Positions 51,724 through 61,751 of a stretch of 64,000 nt of DNA are shown here, piece by piece. The stretch is taken from contig CM082591.2 of NCBI GenBank assembly GCA_040954595.2, positions 3,028,259-3,092,258 on the forward strand. Direction: 5' to 3'. The notes beneath the pieces were generated by a model. It was not told the origin of the DNA. It was given only the letters and a program-made list of their open reading frames with translations, and made no database searches. The stretch comes from Balanoglossus misakiensis. Its lineage: Eukaryota > Animalia > Hemichordata. The position numbers and the translations under genes were made by a program. Within the stretch, counting starts at the first letter, position 1. Every line of letters starts with the position of its first letter.

Positions 51724-52654
51724 AGAACCTGAAATATCTCATTTGAACTGTATGAGTACTCTTGCTATTCCTACCATTCATTTTGTTGTCATTAAAACAG
51801 CAGGTTTTGCATATTAAGTATATGTAAACAGCAAAACAAATTAAAATCTTCGTAAATAATACACATCTCTATCTGGAGATCAAATTATAGCATTCTAGAC
51901 CCAAACAATGTTTAGTAAACGCTTGCAAAAAAGTGTCATTTTGAACAAAAGTCCATAATGTCCGTTTTGTCACTTTGACCTTAAATTTCAGGATGACCTT
52001 GACCTTGAAGCCCAAAGTTCAAGTTAGCAATGAAAAGATCGCACCCGACATTATAAGTTTGAGTGTTTAAATTTTATCTAAAGCTTAATTGGTAGCAAAG
52101 ATATAGCAGGATTCTTATTTTTGTGATTTTCGCAAAATCTGCTATCCGTCGTTATGGTAACAGAATTTTAATATAACTTAATATCAAAGACGTGAATCAG
52201 CTTATTTTTCATAAACCTAATGTTCCATGCTACCTGATGACCAATTTACAGCCTCCTCGAGCAAACCGTTTTCCAGTAAATCGAAACTATGTATGATCGA
52301 TGTGCAAAAAATAGCGAAATTTTTACTTTGACCCCGCGTTTTGAAGATGAACTTGACCTCTGACCTTGTCGGTCATGTAATCATTGGATAGCCCGTCCCC
52401 TACTTTATAAGACCCAATGTTTAATTTTTTTCTCTAGCTTTCTCAGATCCTGAAATATATCATTTTTTAACTGTATGAGTACCCCTAAAATTATGCTATC
52501 GTTACCATGACAACCGCTCCTCACGGCCACACCCACCATTAATATGAGTGCAAACAACCTGATTCTGACAGCTGGATAAATAGGCTTTCCAAAAATATAT
52601 GTCTGCAAAAATCCTCAGGGGGGGGGAGGGTTTCGGTCTCTGGCCCATGGACTA
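51724..52654 (-). repeat. Right terminal inverted repeat
   Basis: Reverse complement of 44167-45097. Confidence 0.93.
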
Positions 52655-53502
52655 TTGGGTGTCCCTCGTCATGAACTCGCGGAATGGCCATCACGGATGA
52701 AGCATGAAGCGTAGCCAGGACAATCAGCGTCATCCTCAACGAGTCAAGTGATTCCATGGCGGTGCTCGGCAGTGGTCAGATCTAGTAAGCAGCGATCGCT
52801 ACGTGGGTATGACGCCGTGGAACCGAGACACCAGACCATGTCACCACAATTTCAACTTTTCACAAAGAATTTTTACTGAACAGTCATGTTGAAATACGAT
52901 TGGTAGACGAAGACAGAACACGTGACGTTAGGACACAAACACAAAGGGAATACAATTCGATAAATAGGGTTCTGAGGGTTGCAGAAGAAAGAGTTTACTG
53001 CATCCAGGAAATGTGACTTCTCTTTTTTATTTATCGAGTGGACGTAACTTTTGGATCGAACTAAAGCCACGGATATGAGAGATACGCGTGTAAAGTGCGA
53101 TCAAAGAACTCCCATACATGGTCACAGCCAAGATAGCTGGGGGTTCAACTAGACAGCACAGGACTTAGGTAGTAAAACTAATGCCATTGGTACAATGCTG
53201 AAATAGCGTTTGAAATTCGCGTCCTTTATATTATAATATTGATTTTGAGTATAAACTCAAAAGAGGAAATGAAACACATAGTCCAAATTCCATAGAAATT
53301 ACAATACATGTACCTGTCATAAACCTTAACCACTATACATGGCAAATACTAGTAAATATGAAAATTAATTATCATGGCACACACATCAGCCTCGGAGACC
53401 CAGTTCAGTGTTTCGCTGTACAGCATATAATATCAGGCTGACGGGCAGTTCTACAGGTGTCCATTTTAACCCCCCCCCCCCCAAGCACAACGGGAGTTTT
53501 CT

Positions 53503-54947
53503 TCATTGTTGATTCGAGCATTTCTTTTTGTCCCAACGTTCAAACTGTTCGTTATATGTCGCCCGTTGTCTTGCCAGACACATCGCAAGATCCTTGTCGC
53601 ATTCACATATCGTCGCCTTGCATTGGGCGAATCCGAGCAGTATTGAGATGAACGAATACTCGCCAGCTGGCTCTGAAAGAAAAGGAATAATTGGAAGTAT
53701 TACCATACAATTAACTGAAGACATTTTGACAATTCAGTTTTTATAATCGCCTGTTGTTTTACAAATCGGTAGTAGCAATCAGTTGTGATGTTTTAATGTT
53801 CACTCACTGCATGTTATCTCGACATCAGGAGTCTCACAGTGGCGTGCAGTATAGTGGTAGACTGCTAAATACTTCTCCACGTTCAGACATGTCTTAGTGT
53901 CTCTCGAGTGGTCATAACATTGGTCATGTATTCGGCAGCATCTAATATTGATTGAATTGAAAGAATAATGGTGTTAGTTTGGAGCATGTATAGCACGTGC
54001 TAAAGGTATATGGTCACATGTATATCACGTGCTAAAGGTATATGGTCACATGTAATTTACATATTCCCATGTATGGCCAAAATGGCGTATCTGAGTGATG
54101 TGTTCTAAAGAACATGTGGTGGCGTTCTTTTTTCGCGTGTGTCATTCATAAAATCTATTATTGAGTGAAGGTTGCTGGGGCAACGTGTTGTGTCTTCCTT
54201 TCCTTTCCTCCATCGGCACTTACTCGTCAGATGCGTCCACTGGGACGCCCTCACCGCCCGGCCCACAGTAACATCCATAGCCAATGTAGTGCAGTGATGG
54301 CCTTATCCCGTGCAGACCAGCCGTGCATTTCAGCAGCTTGGGTATTTGCAGAAGGTTTCGATCCTGTCGTTCGATTTTTTCCGCCAAGACTACAGGAAAC
54401 AGAAAATGCAAGACTGAGCATGCATGACTGATGAGCTACACCAATTAGTGGTTTTACCCAATGTAATTTCTTTTTCTGTTTTAATATCTGAAGTAACCAA
54501 TGTACTGTGCTGCCTTGGGCCGGCCACCTGTGTTGGTCTGAACAGGTGTGGTCCGGTGCGTGACTTCTGAAATCACGCGACTGCCTTTGCCAACCACGAG
54601 AGCCAGACAATTCAAGATGGGTATTTATGGAAACAAAACGTGATAATTTCAATGAGTTCTCAATTAGCCTTTGTCATGCAGCATACCTGTGAAATTACTG
54701 CGCGGGTCATGTTTAGTCATGTCGCATGATGGATTTGATATGATCATCATCCACTGTCGTTCCATTGATTCAAAACACGTCTCCTATATGAGCATGCTTG
54801 AATAACTCTCAAAATCTCTCAAATATCGTCTACATTCATTATCTTGATTCATATCAGCGCTCTCATTTTCTTCTGATAAGAATACTTACCCTGACTTCCT
54901 GTGAACAAGGCGATCAAAATCAGCAAACGACACGCCCAGTTCACCAT
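53503..54947 (-). CDS. Secreted phospholipase A2 (group I/II/X-type fold); join(54947..54890, 54389..54224, 53941..53808, 53672..53503), 175 aa
   Basis: All introns are GT-AG and phase-compatible (528 bp total). The signal peptide is MVNWACRLLILIALFTG, and the propeptide ends R|NLLQ. The Ca-binding loop YGCYCGPGG, catalytic CCRIHDQCY and CECD are all present. Exons 1 and 3 are absent from the ORF track. Confidence 0.92.
53985..54054. repeat. 32-bp tandem duplication in PLA2 intron 2
   Basis: catgtata(g/t)cacgtgctaaaggtatatggtca occurs twice, plus a partial third copy. Confidence 0.9.
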
Positions 54948-55551
54948 CCAGGAGCAAACACTTATATTCCAGAGTCGTGTCATCACGATTACCGCAGAAA
55001 CGTAGAAAAATCACCAACTCAACTCCACCGAACCGTCCACGTTCATATGCCTAAATGTAGTCGAGTCAAAAGACCACCTTTGCGTTCATATGCCATTGAA
55101 CCACTGACTGTCATATGCAGTTGCTCGCAATGGGCATATGTTATGTGACTGATATTCATTCACAATTTTCTATGAAACCAGTGAAAACAGTGGCATTGCG
55201 TCATTGAACATGTTAGGTCAACACCAAGTGGATGTTCAAAATAGAAACAAACAAAGGGTTCTAGGGGAGAATCCATTTACACTAGGAGATAGGTGCCTTT
55301 AATCAGAATTTTTGGTAAGGCGTGATGCCTTTTTAGATGTATGAAAAATTACATTAAATGACTCCAATGGTTAGACACAAATTGATACTATTATTGGAAA
55401 TAAAAATATGCCTTTAAAATACTAAAATCATGGCAACAATGGTTTGGAACAATCAGTGGCAAAGTTTCATTCAAACCACAAGGAATGACGTTTGATCTCG
55501 TACTGCCTTGGTCATTTACATATAAGGCATCACGCTGGGAGATAAGTAAGA

Positions 55552-58500
55552 CTAATGTACCGTCTTATTCACAATCCACGTGTTTGTAATAAAATCGTCT
55601 GACATCCCTAACCCTGACGTGGATGTCAATTCAATATGTCCGCCTAATGGCCTACCCTTTGGTGACCTGTGGTGGCGTCCTTTACGAACAGCGTCTTGGT
55701 TCCTTATTGGTGTACTGGCGGGCGTTTCATCCCATCTGCCTCCTCCAATCTGGCATACACCGCCTGTTTGGGGTAAGTGCATATTTCTAGCCACTCGCCT
55801 CTGCCCCAGGCGACTTGATGCAACGTCCCGGGGAAGATAGATTGCTGGGGTTCTCAGCCTAATTGCTTGTTCTTCTTCGAAATCTAAGTAAACCGGGTTA
55901 AGGGTCACGCCAGCTGGTGGGTGGGGATCGCGAAGGTCCCAATTAAGTCGACCTGGGTCTCTAATGTGCGTTAGATTGCTCGACGCCAATCGATCTGGGC
56001 TTCTCTCATGCTCCAAGTCAGTCGACCTCTTGGCACGCTTGATCGGTTTGTGTTTTATTTTAGCTGGGCCGATAAAAGAGAGCAGAACAGGAAGAAACAG
56101 CAGGCCGTGTAGCCCGCCAAGTAATATGCCTAACGAGACAACTTTAAAGATGGCGCGAAAAACATAAGTTTTAGTGGTCGAGATCAAAGTTATGGCGATG
56201 ATGGTCGACACGACGCTTTGCAGAATGGGCAATCCGAGCAGGTGTAGACTTTCAATGGCGCGGTCGTTGCGAGAATCTCGCTGTGAAATCACGAAGACGT
56301 ATGCGACATGCGCAGTGTAGTCGACGCTGAATCCGATGCAAACCACGATTGTTATCATGGAAACGAAGTCGAGACCGACATCCCAGAGCGCCATGAAGCC
56401 TATCACACCAACTATTATGGATGTTATCGAAAGTGTGACGTATACCCCGCAGATAGGTTGTGGTATGAGGAGTAAAGAAACAAGCAACATACCAACAGCG
56501 GCGATCAAGACGTTCTGAATGGTGCTCGGCAATATGGCGTCAAAATGGTCGTCAAAAATGAACGATGGATGATAGGCCAGCATGGGTATCCACGACGCTG
56601 CGGCTGTGGCGCGACATTCGTGCATAAATTGTCGTTTGGTTTCCACCGTGGCGTTTGCTATGTTGCGAGATATGACGAGACATCGCGAGGCTTCGATTGT
56701 GGCATTGTCAGATGAGAACACAACGTCCAGTTTGTAATGCTCATACAGAGGATGTGTAAGAAAGTCGTTACCAAGGTGATATACAAACGAGTCTTCATTA
56801 CTATAGGAGAGACCACTTTGATTCAAGAATTGTAAATAGTCAAGAAGCCAACACTGACCTGTGCGTGAATCGGTGTCGTGAAAATTGTCACTGTTCTGAA
56901 AATTTTCGATGACATTTTCAACCTCTGTCTGTACACTTCTGTTTGAGTAATTCTGTGGAGTTGTAATGACTAGTTGAACCACTGGTCCGTATTCTTGAAA
57001 ATATTTCTGTTCGGTATTGTAATATTGAACACTATAGGAATCTTCCAATGCGAGTTGTTTTGGGTTGATCCCTTCGGAGAGGTTTAAACATCCAAAAATC
57101 GCCACACCAAGATATCCGAGATAAAGAAATAGTGTTAGAATTTTGCACCATCGTTTAGTTATCAGAGGTCCATAAGAGTCATTGAAGAATTTCATGATGA
57201 TGTGTTCAGATGAACTCTTGTCGTTGTCTTGTGGCATTTTTGGGATTCCACCGGCACAAAATATCCTGTAAGAAGTTGACGGCGCTTCTGTTTTGGAAAC
57301 AACTTGTCTGAGCGTCAGGCAGTGCCTGTTTTGTTTCTCTCGTCGCCCGATGAGGGCCATGCAGCCGCCGAAAAATGTCAGCTGGTAGATGTAGTCAAAG
57401 ACGATAGCCACTCCGCAGTAGCAGCAAAATATTCGAACGGAGGGGAAGTTGGAAATGGCGCCAATACCAAATGCCAGGGCGTCGGTGATGCTGGTTATTG
57501 TGATGGAGAGGGCGGCTTCTGAAAATGTCTTTCCAAGTCGGTCTCTGACTGACAGATGTGGTGACGTTGTACGCCAGGATGCGATCATGATGAACATGTC
57601 GTCAACGCCAACACCTGAAGACAAAAAAAGAAAGGGTATCTCAGGTTACACGTGATACTGGTGTTTAAACGTGATGTGCCAATTACCGGTTTATTTAAGA
57701 AATTTAATACACTTTCCAATAAAGAAAAGAATGCTTGTGAGTAAACATATATAATGGCAGGATCTATTGATTTTGGCTTGGTGGCAGTTTGATTGATAAG
57801 GGTACTGGCAAACGCACTGTGATAAGAGTGCGTTTGGAAATGAAACTTTGAAAGATAAATCATCCAACACCTGGATGAAACATTATCATGTTAATACCAG
57901 GAAGAAACCAATATTACCAAAGTTCCTCGCAAATGAGTGTTTTCTTTGTTATATCTGTCACTTTGTTGACATGGAAACGAGGGTTCGTGCTCGTTAAAGA
58001 GCAATAATGGACGCGGCTGACTGCACGGCAAATGGATTCCGGGTAATAAATGGTGTTCTGTCAGTCTCCGTGAGACTGATGGATGGAGTCTGGTTCCAGG
58101 AGGTCAACGCGCAGACGTCACGGTGTTTGGTTTGTTATAGCTCTGCGTACAGGTCTGTGTGTTCCCGGCGTTACACGGCCTCCACCCACAGCCCTGCAAG
58201 GCGCCATAGAAAAAACTGGTGCTTCTGCGGTCCGGATCCGGACCGCAGCTTTTTCGGCCGAAATTCGATTTTATCGAAGCAAAATCCTTTCCCTGTCTAC
58301 TTCTGCCTCCTAACCGACTCCAAATATGATGCGATTAACTTGTCCTAACGTCCGAACCACTCCCGTTTGTTTTATTTTTGTGTGTTTACATGTTGAGATC
58401 GCCATATTAAATATAAGGCTTACAGTCAGTTTATCTCCATGGGTAAACATAAAAGTTTTAGAAAGCGAGCGGTTCGGACGTTCGGACAAGTTAATCGCAT

Positions 58501-60064
58501 CATATATGGAGTCGGTTAGGAGGCAGAAGTAGACAGGGAAAGGATTTTGCTTCGATAAAATCGAATTTCGGCCGAAAAAGCTGCGGTCCGGATCCGGACC
58601 GCAGAAGCACCAGTTTTTTCTATGGCGCCTTGCAGGGCTGTGGGTGGAGGCCGTGTAACGCCGGGAACACACAGACCTGTACGCAGAGCTAGGTTTGTTA
58701 CTGGTCGGCTGAGGGTAAACCTGGTGGGATTTTGTTCAATTCAGCTGTTCTATTTCTGTCGTTTCCCTCTTGTACTGTTTTGCAGTTTAATGATATGAAT
58801 TTTGGTCGGACACAATCTGTGTACATCGCTCGAAATTTTAGAGTATGAATTAACTTACTTTCGAAATACATGGTTAATACACGGGATCAGTTATCCGATC
58901 AGTTTCGGATAATCGGTGTTCCACTGTAGTTTGTTAAATTCACTCCAACGTTTGGAATCAGTAATTCACAAAAATACCATCCCCCAATCAGTAAAAAGTC
59001 TTTCGACTTCGTCAGGATAAAACGACATTTTGTAAAAAGGGGGAGTTATGGGTCGTGGGCTTACCTAAAGTTAGAAACGGCATTCCGATGACCAGATGCG
59101 TGAAGGGTACCCCACAAAACAGCAGCAGGCCAAACGCCGACCCGACGGCCAAAATCGCCGAGACCACGCCCAGTGTCGCCAGAACCGGTTTGCTGGCCAC
59201 CCAGTCCAACATCATGCACGACATAACAGCGAATGACGTCAGCAAGAGACTTGCGTAGATGAGGAGAGGTATGGTGAAGATGACGATGTCGACGAAATCG
59301 TGGTCCAGGGTCTTGGATATGAAGAAGGAGACAGCGACCATACTTGAGTCGTCGTCGTCGTAGTTCTTCGCGAAGTCGACAAATGCTTCCTCCCACCGCC
59401 TGCTAACATCGTCCAGGTCGTCGGACCTTAATGAGTACAACAAGGAAATGGCTTCTGCTGTTTCAACGATATTTGTATCATTTTGTAGTTTCACTCCGCC
59501 CAGACCACTGCCGATGAAAAATTCTACATTCTGGAAAACAGTGACGGGATAGGACAGCGTCAGAAAATTGATATTTCTAGCGTTGTAGTCCAATAATTTC
59601 AATACAAGATTGGGGTCCACACACTCCGTTTTCCATTTCCCACACAGGTCGCCATACGTGTAGTCAGATATTGCCTCCAACGTTACCGTCAGATTCACCA
59701 CCTTTCCATGAAATTGGATAATTTCATCCAAGATGTCTTCCGTCAGTACACTGTCGCCGTCCCTTGCCGTGATCAACGCATGTGCATACCTCCCAACCTC
59801 CGTTTTTCGATCAGGCAGGAAGCCGCCATCGTAGTTGGCAGGGAAACGTTTCTCGATCTCTCGTCGATGCGTCTTCGCCGGACCGTTCTCCGGAGTAAAC
59901 AGGTATTCGGTGTCGGTGTTCTGGTGGAGTCGCAGCCCTCCGAAAGCGAGCACCAGCGATACAGCGACGGGGATGGCGATGAACCAGGCGTAGTGGCAGG
60001 CGACGAATTCTCCGTACCTGCCAAGCAGGCGACTCAGTCGCTTCTCGATATAATTGAAAGTCAT
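55552..60064 (-). CDS. PTCHD3-like protein, copy 3; join(60064..59065, 57614..55552), ~1020 aa
   Basis: Has the same intron position in LG|VGVDDMF (donor gtaagc at 59064, acceptor tcttcag at 57615), plus IGFSVDYTAH and HGLLFLPV. It is a close paralog of copy 2, and the 3063-bp join stays in frame. Confidence 0.93.
58138..58691. mobile_element. Non-autonomous MITE, 554 bp, ~221-bp TIRs, TAG...CTA ends, 9-bp TSD GGTTTGTTA (AcademH-like)
   Basis: 58138-58358 and 58471-58691 are inverted copies with 2 mismatches seen. ggtttgtta lies at 58129-58137 and 58692-58700. The element sits in the intron of PTCHD3-like copy 3. Confidence 0.92.
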
Positions 60065-60757
60065 GTTGCTAGGCGTGTTGACATATTTGTCTGCGCGACT
60101 CGAACATTTTCCTTCGTCCGTGTGAAACCGAGATAGCGCAGTACGTTCGCCTTCCCTCTACTCTCTCGTATTTAGTCAAAATGGCCTATAACGGTTATTC
60201 CGTCAACGTTCCTGGGATTCTAGTACTTTCGAGTCGGCTACTGTTTGTCTAGCAACACTGTGGAACTTCGCTTATATTAAAATCGAACTGAAATGGTGCG
60301 CAAATATACACACTTACATAATGCCCGTGCTCACTACTTAGCGAGTATGCATAGACAAGAAGGTGAAGACGGACGCGTCTCACCTGCAAAGAACAAAAGA
60401 AATCACGTGGTCGCGTTTTTTAACCTCTACAGTTCAACACCTCGCCTCATTAACATAATCCCCCCTCTACTGTCTATGCGAGCCTATGTACACGCTCTCC
60501 GCAACTCCTTTCTTCCGTCATCGATCGCTGATTAAGTCGAGCCGCGACCACCCATCTCCGCCGATAAGCCGGTGATGCAGGTATAACCGAAACGACGCCG
60601 TCTCGTTTCGCATCTGCAGGCTGACAGCCAGCCGCACCTTTTTGTCACGTGAGCCTCGGTGAAAAATGGAGTCTCACGTGATGAGCAAATTACATACGGC
60701 ACTGACGTCACTTTCAAAAATGCACAGTTACCGGTGGGGAGGGGGCTTTATTTACAA

Positions 60758-60798
60758 CATGGACGTAAAAAGAGAAGGAATCTCTTTTTACGTCCATG
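60758..60798. mobile_element. 41-bp perfect hairpin insertion with 7-bp TSD (TTTACAA)
   Basis: catggacgtaaaaagaga-aggaa-tctctttttacgtccatg is flanked by tttacaa at 60751-60757 and 60799-60805. Confidence 0.75.
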
Positions 60799-61751
60799 TT
60801 TACAAGCTCCTTCCTTGTGTAGACGATTATCTAGTAAGGGTTCCAATCACGCGATTTTGAGTTGAGGTTTCCATAGCAACGTTGCTTACTCGTTATCCTC
60901 TGTCACTGGCATATAAAAAAATTCACAGCAGTGGCCTATATTCCTTTCAGTACATGACGTGGACGCTTGCGCGTGGCAGTGTTCAATCACAAAGGTGGAT
61001 GATAAGCCGGAAAAAACTCGCTATCTAGGATTAAATTTAAACACAATAGTTGTAACCCATGGTGTCATAATTGTCAACCTATCCAAATAAATTCTCTCGT
61101 GCATTTGGGAATCACAAAATGGTGTTTAACCATGCAGTGAGCGGCCCTAATAAGAGATTGGGGTCACCGTGCAAAGGTTTGACTGAGACAAAATGTCTAT
61201 CTCACATTTGAATTTCAAAATGGCCGCAATGTCAGTGTGAACTCTACGAAGAAAAACTGAAATATGCAAACAAGATGGTGAATACGCATTTTTTCGTTTT
61301 TTTTAAGACTCGTTACACACTTCTGTATAGCAAGGGAGTTTGGAGGACTATCGTTTATCTGAAAATCTCTCCCCGAGGCAGTACTACCATAAGACGTACA
61401 GTCTGCCCGGTGGGTTAATGTTAATGCTATAGACCACCCATTAGGTCACTCATGGATGACGCACAATGTACATTCGGGATAAGGTTCAGATTTGCACCTT
61501 TTGACCTAGCTGTACCGCGATAAACCATGTCTAATAGGCACATGATCTGCCAGAACAAACAACATCTGAAGCTTTCTAATCTCTCTATTCTGCAAAACAA
61601 GATCAACTTGTTATTTATTGTATTTATTGTTCAAATCGAGTACTATACACACAAGACAAAATATACCTGTAGTGAAAATGTGACTTCAGCTTTCTATGAA
61701 AACCTATCGTCAAAATTCCGTCAAATTTCACAAGATGGCGTCAGGTCCATG

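Larger units (their letters stand above)
44167..52654 (-). mobile_element. Autonomous Academ-superfamily (AcademX-type) DNA transposon, 8488 bp, 3-bp TSD TTG
   Basis: The ends are TAGTCCATGGGCCAGAGACCG...CGGTCTCTGGCCCATGGACTA, with TTG at 44164-44166 and 52655-52657. It has long TIRs and one large ORF combining transposase and XPG nuclease motifs. TAG...CTA ends, a 3-bp TSD and an XPG fusion are the established Academ signature. Confidence 0.9.
42512..52757 (-). pseudogene. Transposon-disrupted single-exon Ig-superfamily type I receptor (signal peptide, 3 Ig domains, TM, 2 ITIMs); pieces 52757..52655 and 44163..42512, 584 aa when rejoined
   Basis: Rejoining the pieces across the TTG TSD gives MESLDSLRMTLIVLATLHASSVMAIPRVHDEGHP-SNVTVVEGEQANFNCLVEGLTANYTVFWK...DSGHYQC. 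A second Ig (LECRI..W..GEFQC) and third Ig-like domain (TTC..W..GSYISC) follow. The TM IVALVGGLVVLGLVAITIHACIC is followed by RRRRRRK, and the tail has LVYAEL and VIYAEL. No other stops or frameshifts were seen. Confidence 0.9.

Noticed and set aside
44163-52654. Idea that the transposon is spliced out as an intron, rescuing the Ig receptor
   Set aside because: The terminal GT (element position 3) and the AG formed at the TSD would leave a net +1 frameshift, and neither site has a good splice consensus. Other cryptic sites cannot be excluded without RNA data.
58007-58672. Opposing ORFs sharing the peptide CSRRYTASTHSPARRHRKNWCFCG
   Set aside because: They are an artefact of the MITE's inverted repeats.
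58880-58928. Sequence ending gttccactgta, resembling one end of a Tc1/pogo-type MITE
   Set aside because: No matching opposite end or TSD was found in the window.
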